63,817 nt of DNA, filler included, from Octopus bimaculoides (GCF_001194135.2; 8 parts of 7 records of this genome joined end to end with filler, not necessarily neighbours in it), one strand, 5' to 3'; counted from the first letter of the whole stretch, positions 26,095-38,627 are shown. The notes: generated from the sequence alone by a model not told the origin. Made by a program: numbers and translations.

Positions 26095-27097
26095 AATATA
26101 GTAACATTAAATTTGCATTCTAAATACTCTGAAATCATCAGAACACCTGACTTTATCCAGCAAGTTCAGCAGACCATTGATTACAATCCCAGAAAGTCCA
26201 TGGGGTCAATTGCAAAAGATCCCCATGTGTCAGGAGGAACAGTCAGAAATGTTGTCCACGAGGACATCAGAGATAAGTCTTATATGATGAGGGAAGGTCA
26301 ATTTGTCAGAAAAAGCAAAAGAAAATCACTGCATTAGATATAAAAGGCTCTTAAACAAACTGAAAAATCCAGCAGAAGATTTGATTTGGTTTTTCTCAAA
26401 CGAGAAAAACTTCGACCAAGATCAAAAATTTAACAGAAGAAATGACAGATGGTTATGTACAGACCCTTCTGAAGTTTCAAGTATTATGCATACACAATTT
26501 CCTGCAACTATCATGGTTTTAGGGGTTGTCAGCAATGAAGGACATGTGATGCCTCCTTACTTCTTTCCATTAGGCCTTAGAGTTAATTCTGCCGCTTACA
26601 TTGAGGTCCTGGAAATAATTGTTAAACCCTGGATAGACAGTGTATGCAATGGAAGGCCATATGTGTTTTAGTAAGACTCTACACTATCACACAAGGATCT
26701 AGCAACACAGAAATAAAAAAATTTCAGGATCACATAACTCCTAACATTTGGCCTCGTAATTCCCCAGATCTCAATCCCTTTGACTATTACATGTGGAGCG
26801 TTGTTGAGAGAGAGGTCGATGAACACGCCCATAACACCAAAGACTCTTTGAAAGCTGCCATAGTCAGAGTAATGTCCAAAATGAACCAGGACCACTTGAT
26901 TCGAGAATGTGGATGATTTAGATCTCATATAGAAGCAGTTGTTGAAGCTGAAGGTGGCTTTATTGAATAACATTATAGAAAAGAAGATCTATTTTTATCC
27001 TCATAGCATTTTATGATAAATAAAGTTATTATTTGTTGTTATATATCTGTTTATTTATAAACATAGACCTGTCCTCACATATCTTAGGCACCCTGTA
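26095..27097 (+). mobile_element. Tc1/mariner-superfamily transposase, frameshifted, with right TIR and TA
   Basis: HTH region (TVRNVVHEDI), WFFSNEKNF, TIMVLGVVSNEG, WPRNSPDLNPFDYYMWSVVE and FRSHIEAVVEAEGGFIE*; ends ...ggcaccctg|TA (27096-27097). Left TIR not found. Confidence 0.9.
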
Positions 27098-27155
27098 TAT
27101 GATAGGAATTACATCCATTACGTAAGACTCTGCAATTAAAACATTTCAAAATATA

Positions 27156-27229
27156 TTAACTGAAGACGGTCTTATATAATGGATACATTTTCTCTTATAT
27201 ATTACGCACACCTGAAACGTGCGTATTAA
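27156..27229 (+). ncRNA. Candidate type I hammerhead ribozyme motif with long stem II
   Basis: TTAA-CTGAAGA-CGG...tatataa...ttatata...CCT-GAAA-CGTGCG-TA|TTAA. Core and GUA site intact, but stem I is only 4 A-U bp and the first stem II pair is mismatched. Confidence 0.4.
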
Positions 27230-27303
27230 AAGATTTCAAAATATCACCATTTCGTTTGCCTTCATTATTACAACTTAAACACACACACACACACACGCAC
27301 ACG

Positions 27304-27359
<56 letters not shown>

Positions 27360-27757
27360 TCGCTTACAGAGCTTTGGTCATTGTGAGACTATATCAGATG
27401 ACACTCGCCCAAGACGTCACTCACTGGGACTGAACCCAAAGCCATGCAAACTCCTTAATCACACAGCCATGCCTTCACTCGTGTAAAAAAATACAATTTC
27501 ATTTACAAATATCAAAATTTAGCAGTTGAATTCTCACAACATCAAGTATTCACAGATCATCGTCATTTAACGTCCGTTTTTCCATGGTGGCATGGGTTGC
27601 TTGGCTTCCCAGGAGTTGGCAAGGCCAGAAGATGCAACAGGTTCCATTGTCTGCCTGGGAATGGTTTCTACAGTTGGGTGTCCTTCCTGATGCCAATCAC
27701 TTTACAGAGTACATTATTTACATTTGACGGATATTTGTCCTCATCTTGTTTGTTGTT

Positions 27758-27803
27758 AACACATCGTTTCGGCTGATATACCTTCCAGCCTTCATCAGGT
27801 GTC
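27758..27803 (-). ncRNA. Hammerhead motif, cleavage triplet mutated
   Basis: GACAC-CTGATGA-A-GGCTG gaaggtatat CAGCC-GAAA-CG-AT|GTGTT: stems I and II intact, but GAU replaces the required NUH. Confidence 0.65.
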
Positions 27804-27863
27804 TTGGGGAAATTTCGAACCTGGGTTCTCATTCCTAAGGTATTTTTCGATGTTGTTGTTGTT

Positions 27864-27931
<68 letters not shown>

Positions 27932-28022
27932 CATATACACCATATGCCCACGGGAATATGGCATAGTGGTTAAGAGCGCGGGCTACTAACCCCAAGATTC
28001 CGAGTTCGATTACTGGCAGTGA

Positions 28023-28085
<63 letters not shown>

Positions 28086-28135
28086 CATCGAAAGAATACC
28101 TTAGGAATGAGAACCCAGGTTCGAAATTTCTCCAA

Positions 28136-28180
28136 GACACCTGATGAAGGCTGGAGGGTATATCAGCCGAAACGTGTTTA
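28136..28180 (+). ncRNA. Hammerhead motif, 3' stem I damaged
   Basis: GACAC-CTGATGA-A-GGCTG gagggtatat CAGCC-GAAA-CGT-GTTT: core and ACGT stem III intact, short deletion at the cleavage site. Confidence 0.6.
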
Positions 28181-29855
28181 CAACAAACAAGATGAGGACA
28201 AATATCCGTTAAATGTAAATAAGGTAAATAATGTCCATAATTCCTCGTCCCTTAAATATAGAACTGTACTTTACAGTGTGTTCTGGGTGCTTTTTAAATG
28301 ACACTAGCTTTTTACGTGGCACCAGCACAAATGCAAGGATTTAGATAAAATTACAAAAAGGAAATAAACACAAAGATTCACGTATAAGAGCACTTGATAA
28401 TATATTCTTTTTCTTTTTTTACTAAATGTCTTTATTTAAAAAACATAGTGCATTATTTTGTTTGAAACTGTACAAAATGTCCGCCGTATATAAATGTAGC
28501 CAAAAGAAAGAAATGTTCACAGAACACTGAATAAATGACAAAAATCCTTCAGGGTTAATGGATTCTGGATTCTTTTGAATGTTGTCTGTTTTGAGTGTTG
28601 TGTAGCGGTTATATAAAAAAATAAAGTATGATTGGTGTCACCTCCAGAAACGAATTCTTAGTGACTCTATTTTCATCATAGAGCCCTCTTCACGGCTATA
28701 TTAGTTGGATTCAATAGATCGATCTTTTTTCTTTTTTTCATTTTGTATACATATACACACATACATACATACATACATATGTATAAATATATACATACAT
28801 ATATATATATATAAACACTTTTCAGTTTATTTGTTTAAATGGATGCATGAGTGTGTATACACATATATATTTGATGTTGTTCTGTGCTGTTAGTCTTTTT
28901 GTCATTGTTCCTTGCGTTAAGTTCTTATCCCAGTAAAATCATGACAGATCGTACATTTCTACAGAAAACAAAAAATATTATGAGAAAACATTCGCATTAT
29001 AAGCATATATGAATTAGATATAGGTACATATAAACGTTTCCCCATTATGCATACATATTTTTAACACATGCATATATATCTATTCATATATATATACATA
29101 TATTTTGGATATATATGTACATATTCGCCATATATATATATATANNNNNNNNNNNNNNNNNNNNNNNNNNNNNNNNNNNNNNNNNNNNNNNNNNNNNNNN
29201 NNNNNNNNNNNNNNNNNNNNNNNNNNNNNNNNNNNNNNNNNNNNNNNNNNNNNNNNNNNNNNNNNNNNNNNNNATGCATGTATGTATATATTTGCAACAA
29301 ATAAAATTACAACAGTAAAATATGGAATATTTAAATATTTAACCTGAGAAAAATAATGAAAAGCTTTTGAAAAATTTCTGCATTTGGAAGAAAACATATG
29401 AACTGTTTGAGAAAGTTTCAAAGACTAAAAATGAAGAAGAGGAAGATTAATGCAAACAAAGAAAAGAAGTTCTGAAGAAAAGGAAATTTAAACGATAACA
29501 TTATCGTGACCCAACTTCTGTTTGTCACGGACAAAGGGTTTCACCGTGTTATTGGATGAGATTTGAGTCAGACAGAATATTTCCACTGGCAGCATTAGGA
29601 ATATCATGTTTTGTTCAATTTGGCATAAATGATAGTGTTGTTGTTGTTTTTGTTGTTGTCAAAATTATTATTGCAGGTAAAAGAGGGTGGGTGGTTCTTA
29701 TCATGTTGAATATTTTTAATAGGAAATATGTGTATTAATATTGCTGTAACATCTAATTATATAACTAACAAGATTATGAAACAGGTGTAGATGAAGGAAA
29801 TAAACATTTACCCTCTTATTTCTCTGTTCTATATATTTGTATAATGTGCACACAG

Positions 29856-29906
<51 letters not shown>

Positions 29907-32470
29907 TCGTTGCTATTATGCAAAGGTGTTGTAAGTCCAAAACGTTGCTTTTTCAGAAAACCGAAAAATTGTTTCACCATTCCATAGCAAAACCGTTATA
30001 CCACGCTTTGACAATTTTTGACATCGTGGCATCTGAAGCAGTTGGAGATACGATAGTTTCACCAAAAGACACCGGCTATTGCAAGCAAAAATAAATGTTG
30101 AAAAAAAAAAACGCATTTGGCCAAGTTTGGACATATGGCAGTTTAACATAATAGCAACGACATATGAGTAGTGTGCAAAGCAGTGTTATAAAATAAACAG
30201 ACTTTAGATCATGTCAAATATGTTTGGAACATATTTGACCTATAAAGAGACATTTTCAATATGGCTTTCCATGATGAAAACTTTTTGGTTTAGACAAAAG
30301 GTGTTGAAACACTAAGAATCAGTTCAAAGCGGTCCCTATCGACTGGTAGATGCATTTCGAGCTCTTTCTACTCTTATCTGATACCAAATGAAGCAACGCT
30401 AAACAGTCTGGAAGGCTTAGCTTCCTCATTAAAAATCAGTAAACAGTATTAGCTGAATGTTCATACTGGGAAAAAATATGTAAACATGTATGTGTACATC
30501 ATCATCATCAACATTTAGCGTCCGTTGTCCATGCTGGCATGGGTTAAACGGTTTGACCAGAACTCGCAAGCTGGAAGGCTGCACCAGGCTCATATATATA
30601 TATATANNNNNNNNNNNNNNNNNNNNNNNNNNNNNNNNNNNNNNNNNNNNNNNNNNNNNNNNNNNNNNNNNNNNNNNNNNNNNNNNNNNNNNNNNNNNNN
30701 NNNNNNNNNNNNNNNNNNNNNNNNNNNNNNNNNNNNNNNNNNNNNNNNNNNNNNNNNNNNNNNNNNNNNNNNNNNNNNNNNNNNNNNNNNNNNNNNNNNN
30801 NNNNNNNNNNNNNNNNNNNNNNNNNNNNNNNNNNNNNNNNNNNNNNNNNNNNNNNNNNNNNNNNNNATAAAAATTAATTACGATCAAAGAAATTGAAATT
30901 GAGAATAATAAAACTGGAATACATTATGGTAAGGTGTCCGTTCTGTTTTGCTGCTTGTTGTCTCCCTTCCTTGTTGTCTGTGATTGTTGATGATGCTGGT
31001 CTTTGAAGAACTGGAACTGGTTCCTGGGTGCTGCACGGGGGTGAGATCTTAAATATTTCCCTTGATTTTTTTTATTTACTTTTTTTTGTTATAGTTTAAT
31101 GTAATATTTCTTATTTTTCTACAAATGTCTTTTTAAAAAAATTTTAATCAAGTGTTTAATAGGTTAACGAACCAGACCAGAAAGATATGGTACCATAAAG
31201 ATATGGTACCAGAAGGATATGGTACCATAAGAGACCTTGATAATAACAAAAACCCCGTGACCTGTAGCATATGCTTGATTTGTTAATAGCGACAGCCAAC
31301 AACAGTTTTAGTAAAGATAGTGATAGTGGTAATAGTAGTGGTGGTGGTGGTGGTGGATATTGTGGTAAAAATAAGCTAAAAGAGAGTAAAAGCCAAGAAA
31401 TAATAGAAAGAGATGATACCAAAACCCTTTCCATAGTTTTGTCTCCGATCCCAAGAAATATGTAAAGCTGCAATATGCTTATGGAAGCTGCAACAAATGC
31501 AAAAAGCGTGCCCACATATTTTGTACCCATGGCAACAGCCGTGGCCTTTGTTCATGTACCTTGCTCTTAGCATGCACACAAAAGGAATAATAATACCAAT
31601 ATTAATACTTGTATGATCTTTGTTCACTATTCTTCAAATGGCCTGAACATTTTTCATAAATTCCCTACATCAATTCTCACATCGGCACCCATTTACATAA
31701 ATATTTACATAAATATTTACATAAATTTAGATACACATTATACGATTCCTTCATCAATTCTTTTATAGGTACCCATTGATAAATATACATATAAATTTCG
31801 GTCAGATTTTTGACATATCTATATATTTCTTTTTATTATTAACCAACCAATTTAGATATATAAGGTTTCAACTACTCTAAATGTCTGAAAATTACCAACC
31901 GAACGAGATGCTCGTAACTTACCAATCAATGTAGATATATATAAGTCACAACTCACTCTAGACATATAGTAAGTTAATAACAACTCATGATAAGTTAGCA
32001 ACCAATCCAGATACCAACTGAGGACTCCCAGCACCACAGATCTACAAATTGCCATGTGTATACCAGCGTACCTATATTTCAGTGTATCAGAATTCACTTA
32101 TGTCTGTGAGCATATAATACGTAGTTAATACGTGAGTATAAGTTTGGTAGATATCCTTAATTTATATATATATATGTGTGTGTGTCTGTACGTGTGTGCA
32201 TGTGTGTGTAGTTGAATAAAAATAGAATAAAAAGAAATATATAGTGAAGGTAATTTAAATAAAGAAAGGAAGAAAGAAAAAAGCAGACAAAAAAGAGAAA
32301 AAGAGACCTCACCAAAACTAGACTAAATCAAGCAGGTTCTAGGAAGCAATCTGTATTTAAAAATGAAACATTTATTTTATCATTGTTGTCTTTAACGAAA
32401 CTTGTTCCATGATGGCTGATAATTTTTAGACAAAATGCAAGCGAAATATATAAATTTTTGAATTGCATCA

Positions 32471-32533
<63 letters not shown>

Positions 32534-32893
32534 TTTGGCATAAGGCCAGTAAGCTTGGGGGAGCAGGTAAGTCGATTACATCAGACCAAGTGGCTCAGCT
32601 GGTACTTATTTTACCAATTCCAAAAGAACAGAAGGCAAAGTTGGCCTTGGTGGAATTGAAATTCAGACTGTAAAGATGGACAGAATACTGCTAAGCATTT
32701 TGCTTAATGATTCTGTTAGCCTTTATAATAATAATAATAATAATAAGAAGAAGAACAACAACAATAGAAAGGGAGCTTACTTTTATGGCAGCNNNNNNNN
32801 NNNNNNNNNNNNNNNNNNNNNNNNNNNNNNNNNNNNTTAATTAATTAANNNNNNNNNNNNNNNNNNNNNNNNNNNNNNNNNNNNNNNNNNNNG

Positions 32894-33125
32894 GCACATA
32901 AAAGACACCATTTCGAGCGTGGCCGTTTTCGTGCGGGTGACACGTAAAAGCACCCACTACACTCTCTGAGTGGTTGGCGTTAGGAAGGGCATCCAGCTGT
33001 AGAAACTCTGCCAAATCAGACTGGAGCCTGGTGTTGCCATCCGGTTTCACCAGTCCTCAGTCAAATCGTCCAACCCATGCTAGCATGGAAAGCGGACGTT
33101 AAACGATGATGATGATGATGATGAT
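32894..33125 (+). mobile_element. RTE-type LINE 3' end (or derived SINE) with (GAT)n tail
   Basis: ...ggttggcgttaggaagggcatccagctgtagaaac...catgctagcatggaaagcggacgttaaacgatgatgat. The same tail ends the RTE at 38628; minus copies at about 27555, 30505, 36510, 48083 and 62525. Confidence 0.8.
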
Positions 33126-33503
33126 GACTGCATAGTCACTCTCTGTGACAATTTTCTTGGTAGTCTTTGTTTCTATGACAACTACATCCTTATTTACAGA
33201 CATAATGATTTCTTACAATTTCTGCAATGGCAGGGTGTGACCTAAAGGAGATTTCAATGCTGTTTTGAGCAGATCAAGTCACTATATATAAACTCCTTTG
33301 TTAGGTTGCTGTTTTTATTGCTGTTTAGCCACAAATTAATTGATTATAGAATAGCAGGCTTAATAGTCCTCAAGTCACTGTATCTCTTTATTTGACATAG
33401 TGTATCTAGGATTACACTATTTAATATGTTCTACATTTGGCTGCTATTTCTAGTAGGCAAATGGATCACATAGGGGATCTTTTACTGTTTCAATAACTGA
33501 AAC

Positions 33504-33895
33504 AGTGGAGGCACAATGGTCCAGTGGTTAGGGCAGTGGACTCGCGGTCATAGGATCGCGGTTTCGATTCCCAGACTGGGTGTTGTGAGTGTTTATTGAC
33601 CATAAACGCCTAAAGCTCCACGAGGCTCTTGCAGGGGATGGTGGCGAACCCTGCTATACTCTTTCACCACAACTTTCTCTCACTCTTACTTCCTGTTTCT
33701 GTTGTGCCTGTAATTCAAAGGGTCAGCCTTTTCACACTGTGTCATGCTGAATATCCCCGAGAACTACGTTAAGGGTACAAGTGTCTGTGGAGTGCTCAGC
33801 CACTTGCACGTTAATTTCACGAGCAGGCTGTTCCGTTGATTGGATCCACTGGAACCCACGACGTCGTAAGTGACGGAGTGCCAACAACAACAACT
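33504..33895 (+). repeat. tRNA-derived SINE family B, full length
   Basis: A box tggtccagtggttagggc, B box ggtttcgattcc, tail caacaacaac; near-identical to 34906-35295. Confidence 0.9.
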
Positions 33896-34482
33896 GAAAC
33901 TATTTTCACTAATGGAACTAATATCTCTGGAAAAGGCATGAATATCACAACTTCCCTTCCTTATCTCTCAAATTAAACAGGGTTCAGCTGAAAACCTTGA
34001 ATGGCAACAAGCTTTTGTTTGAGTCAATAAGGAAGCCTGTGCCAAGTTGTGTGACCTTCTAGAAACAACAGTCAACTCTCCTTCAACATTCTCACAAACA
34101 TACTCAATAAGAGTCTTTAGATCACAAAGTCCTAGATACACTGAATTCAAATATGAGATGGTGACAACTGGAATATCTTTGGTCTTTATTCTTTTCAATG
34201 ATGTCTGACTTCAAGAACAACAATAACAAAGCAGCAGTAGTAGCAGTAGCAGCAGCAGCAGTAGCAGAGTATTCCATCACCAGTGATGAAAATGTGTGCA
34301 ACTGACAAATCCATTTGTTGCCCAAAAGGCTAGTTAATATTTTCCCTGACATGTATACAGTTTTTCCACCAATGCAAGAAACAACAACAACAGCAATGAT
34401 AGGTGATGTTGTCATTATCATCTCCTTTAACATCAGATCTAACCCAACAACTAATACAAGTCCAATAAAAAAAAAAATTCAC

Positions 34483-34597
34483 CTGTAATCTTTGTCCACT
34501 GAGTTTTACTAACAGCTGGCTTACAAACTTTGATTAAATCATCTTCAAAGCTTTCTCCTGGTTCTTGACATTTACCATTAATTCGACATATATCAGT
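34483..34597 (-). CDS. VWDE: VWDE-like gene, exon 12 of 12 seen (Cys-rich module)
   Basis: ttcaag|ACT...ACAG|gtgaat; TDICRINGKCQEPGESFEDDLIKVCKPAVSKTQWTKIT; phase 0 to 1. Confidence 0.85.
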
Positions 34598-34905
34598 CTT
34601 GAAATAGAAATTCAGATCAATGTACATAAATAACAAGGAAGACATCAGTTGGTGTGATTTGATACAATATGAAGAATGTAGATGGTTATAATTTAGATAG
34701 GAATTTTTAGATAACTCAGTAGATGGCAAGAAAAATGAATATCTCAGACACCAGCAAATGGGCTGTCAGAAGGAAAAAAAGCATCTGATTTTCCTGGTTG
34801 ACTCAACATACATAACAGCTAACACTACATCCCAAACACAACCCTCTCCTTCAGTGTCAGACTATACTTCAATTTCACTCTTTTACTGATCCTAATATTT
34901 TCTGA

Positions 34906-35295
34906 GTGGAGGCGCAATGGCCCAGTGGTTAGGGCAGCGGACTTGCGGTCATAGGATCACAGTTTTGATTCCCAGACCGGGCGTTGTGAGTGTTTATTGA
35001 GCAAAAACACCTAAAGCTCCACGAGGCTCCGGCAGGGGATGGTGGTGAACCCTGCTGTACTCTTCCACCACAACTTTCTCTCACTCTTACTTCCTGTTTC
35101 TGTTGTGCCTGTAATTCAAAGGGTCAGCCTTGTCACACACTGTGTCACGCTGAATATTCCCGAGAACTATGTTAAGGGTACACGTGTCTGTGGAGTGCTC
35201 AGCCACTTGCACGTTAATTTCACGAGCAGGCTGTTCCGTTGATTGGATCAACTGGAACCCTCAATGTCGTAAGTGACGCAGTGCCAACAACAACA
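34906..35295 (+). repeat. tRNA-derived SINE family B, full length
   Basis: Direct copy of 33504-33895. Confidence 0.9.
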
Positions 35296-35483
35296 ATAAA
35301 TTGCCCCGAATAATGTAGAAACCTGCCTGATATAGAATATAAAGTGACGATGACAACTGAAAGAATCAATATTCACCTGAACAAAATATTGATTGCAATG
35401 ATGAATGACCAGAATATTTCTATAATGCAAAAAAGATAATAAAAAAGAAACAAATGATGTGTAATAAAACAAAGGAATCTTAC

Positions 35484-35690
35484 TCTTTCTTGGCAACTGT
35501 TGGTGTTACAAGTGGTGCAACGCGAGTCAAATGCAAAGAAAAGTAAAACATTGCTCTTGATGTTTTTATGGAAACTAACTGAGATCTCCCATGATTGGAT
35601 GGATTGGAAAGAACAAATCAATAGATTAGAACTGACAAAAATGGCTGGAACTGATGATGAGGATCCTTTTGTCATTTTGCCATTTACAAA
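35484..35690 (-). CDS. VWDE: VWDE-like gene, exon 11
   Basis: tttcag|TTT...AGA|gtaaga; FVNGKMTKGSSSSVPAIFVSSNLLICS...FDSRCTTCNTNSCQER; 207 nt, phase 0 to 0. Confidence 0.9.
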
Positions 35691-36462
35691 CTGAAATAAT
35701 AAAGGGAACACATTATTAATACACATATGGCTATATTGGTAACAAAATAAATGATATAAATAGGTATACAGTTTATATATATAAGTATGTGTGAGTGTGT
35801 GCATATGTATATGTGTATATATATATATATATTGGAAGGTTTGGAGGTGATGTACAGGAACTATATATTAGAAAAAATAATAAGGTACTCAGATATCTGG
35901 ATGGTTGTACATTTACAGATTTCTATTAATATGTCACATGTTTTATAAATATTAGCGCTTGCACCTATTCTTGTAGGTTCTTCAGTTATGATTTCACTTC
36001 AGAGGATTTATATCTTTTTATAGTATNNNNNNNNNNNNNNNNNNNNNNNNNNNNNNNNNNNNNNNNNNNNNNNNNNNNNNNNNNNNNNNNNNNNNNNNNN
36101 NNNNNNNNNNNNNNNNNNNNNNNNNNNNNNNNNNNNNNNNNNNNNNNNNNNNNNNNNNNNNNNNNNNNNNNNNNNNNNNNNNNNNNNNNNNNNNNNNNNN
36201 NNNNNNNNNNNNNNNNNNNNNNNNNNNNNNNNNNNNNNNATACAAGGTGGTATCAAAAAGCTCCCAGACTAGTTCTATAGTGTGTCATCAGATGGCTGCA
36301 CACACGGTTGTGTGTGCAGCAAGAGCTGAAACAAGTAAAGAGTATAATACCTCTGGATATCCTTGTTGCCTATTTTGATTTTAATCACCTTACTTTGAAA
36401 TTGTATGGATATACCGTACTAAATTCTGGTGCCTAAACTGAAGTACGATATTCACCTGAATC

Positions 36463-36501
<39 letters not shown>

Positions 36502-37215
36502 ACTTATCCCCATCATATGATAATTTAGTGCTTAATGTTCCATGTTGGCATTAGTTAGTCCGTTTGACAGGATCTGACAGGTCAGAACACTGCTGTGAGC
36601 TCCAGTATCTGGTTTCTATAGCTCGATGCCCTTCCTAACACCAACCACTTTACAAAGTATACTGAAAGCTTTTTATGTGGCACTGGCACTGGTGATGTTT
36701 CCAAGCAGCTTGTAAGACAAGACCTTTTGAATAAGGTGCATGCAGTATTGTGGAAGGTGTCTTATGTCAAGTGTAATGAGAAGCTAAAGTGAGACAGGGG
36801 TATAGGAACAAGTGTCGAAAGAAGAGAAGATGATAGTGATGAGGTGTCAGGATGTACTCTCTGGGTACAAGGTGAATGTGAGGGGTGGGGATAGAGGAAC
36901 AAGTGAGTTTGGAAAAGTGTGAAGTGAGCGACAGATTGTTGGAGATGGGGCAATATAAATGATGCAGCAAATGGTAAACTGAGTAAAGGGTATGATCAAT
37001 GGTGACTATCAGTTTGGGGAAAAAGATGAAAGAAATAGTGGTGGGTCAGGGTGAGGTGATAAGTGGCAGGACAAAATAAAAGGGGAGGGATAAGAGAGGA
37101 GCATTATAAGACCATATAAATGATAAAAAGGGAGATGATGTGAAGTAGGGGGTGAGGGTGGAGAAGGTAGGGTTCTCAATGACAAGGGCAGAGATTAGGA
37201 ACATGTGATATTCAC

Positions 37216-37406
37216 CTTGATTTCTGTAATATGGCAGGTCAATTTTGCTGTGTTGACAAAATTGCTTCCAATAATGGCTACTTTTGAACAGTTTCTAATA
37301 CGGGTGTCACATAACATTCCAAGAGTGATTTCTTCAAGGACTGGAGGAGTGGTAGCATTGATGGAACAATCGGCACCGAGATAGCCCTCAAAACAGTTAC
37401 AGAAAC
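37216..37406 (-). CDS. VWDE: VWDE-like gene, exon 10 (second half of EGF-like repeat, start of Ig/IPT-like fold)
   Basis: gaccag|GT...AAG|gtgaat; (G)FCNCFEGYLGADCSINATTPPVLEE...LCDTRIRNCSKVAIIGSNF...LTCHITEIK; phase 1 to 0. Confidence 0.92.
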
Positions 37407-37537
37407 CTGGTCGACATTAAAAAGAAAAAGAAAGAATATGGTTAGTATTGTTATTTGTGTAATTCAATTAAAATAATTACGGAGATGTACATGCATAGCA
37501 AGTGACCTGATCTGAGATTGTGTGCTGAAGCAAAAAC

Positions 37538-37722
37538 AATTGCAGCATGGAAGGTGTTTATGAGCCATTTAAAAACACACAAAAACCGTTAGATTCACTT
37601 CAACATCTAAATTTAATTTGTTAAAATATTTTCGTCACTTTAAGACCGCGACCAGTTCACTGACAAAATTCCGTGCTGCACATGAGCAGATGCAGCATGG
37701 AATTTTGTCAGTGAACAGGTCA
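37538..37722. repeat. Inverted pair of the G3-C8 hammerhead repeat family (27-bp hairpin core)
   Basis: 37538-37680 is the reverse complement of 18281-18420; gttcactgacaaaattccgtgctgca...tgcagcatggaattttgtcagtgaac forms a hairpin. Confidence 0.8.
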
Positions 37723-37742
37723 CATATATATATACATATATA

Positions 37743-37905
37743 CGACAGACTTCTTTCAGTTTACATCTACCAAATCCATTCACAGGGCTTTTGTCGGCCT
37801 GAGGCTATAGTAGAAGACACTTGCCCAAGGTGCCACGGAGTCAGACTGAACCTGGAACCATGTGGTTGGGAAGCAAACTCCTTACCACACAGCCACACCT
37901 GCACC
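37743..37905 (-). repeat. SINE family A, 5' part
   Basis: Reverse complement of 53086-53250; similar minus copies at 48192-48340 and 49171-49305. Confidence 0.8.
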
Positions 37906-38385
37906 TATTTCTACACTCTCTTGTTATTGAACCAGTGAATGAAACCATGATGTGATCACTTGATCTATTAAACATAGCAACCAAATCTTCCTAAAATCTC
38001 ACACTACTATTCATCATAAATTAAGGACATATTTACGAGTGGAATGCCTTTGATTATAAAGTTTTCTTGATTAGACCACTCCTAGGATTAATCAACAAGA
38101 ACAGCAACATATTACTATGTAGTCCTTGATAAACTATAATGAAATAAAGCTAGATTAGTTATGGTTAGAGCAACTTTGATCATAAAGCTGCTTGATGATG
38201 GCTTATCTGAGTGTTAACAATGACAAAACAAAACACATTCGAGCCATGCACATCAGAATAAAAGAAAAACAATAAACAGAAAAAAAAAAGAAAAATTGAA
38301 TAAAACAAACATTGATGGAACAAATAAAGCATCGAAGGGAATTACACTAAAGAAATGAATAAGCTGGACAACTAATTTTAATTAC

Positions 38386-38572
38386 CTGCAGAGCAGTTTC
38401 CTTGATTTGAGCACTCATTTGGACAAAGAATATCTTCAATGTCTTGGGGAGGTTTCAGAATGTTGGTGGCGTTGTCTTTAACCCAGAGATCAGGGTTAGT
38501 TGTTATTTCCGTCTCACAGATTTGCTTGATGTCTGATAAGGCAGCATTAACCCATAAAATATCATCTGTTAA
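38386..38572 (-). CDS. VWDE: VWDE-like gene, exon 9 (first half of EGF-like repeat)
   Basis: ttttag|TTA...GCAG|gtaatt; LTDDILWVNAALSDIKQICE...ILCPNECSNQGNCSA; phase 0 to 1. Confidence 0.92.
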
Positions 38573-38627
38573 CTAAAAAAGACAAAAATAAACAGAAATA
38601 AATATAGATATAATATAATAACCATCA

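Larger units (their letters stand above)
27716..28270. repeat. Inverted duplication of an (AAT)n plus hammerhead repeat around a tRNA-like head
   Basis: 27716-27853 is the reverse complement of 28086-28222. (TTA)n at 27867-27931 and (AAT)n at 28028-28083 extend the arms; the loop holds tggcatagtggttaagagcgcgggctactaaccccaagattccgagttcgatt (A and B boxes). Confidence 0.85.

Noticed and set aside
27953-28025. tRNA gene call (likewise for SINE heads at 10400-10480, 33504 and 53086)
   Set aside because: A and B boxes are present, but there is no complete acceptor stem or terminator; these are SINE heads.
33039-33060. CTGAGGA-CTGGT-GAAA-CCGG on the minus strand of the RTE tail
   Set aside because: No stem II or stem I, and other copies of the tail lack the GAAA; coincidental.
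34122-34433. 103-aa minus ORF as the continuation of the VWDE-like gene
   Set aside because: It would need a roughly 42-nt intron and runs through GCT/ACT microsatellite; the inner option (DIIEKNK...RTL*) has no supporting homology.
35948-35990. Minus-strand CTGAAGA-ACCTA/TAGGT-GCAA-GCGC-TA
   Set aside because: Good stem II, but GAAA is broken and there is no stem I; probably a dead ribozyme relic.
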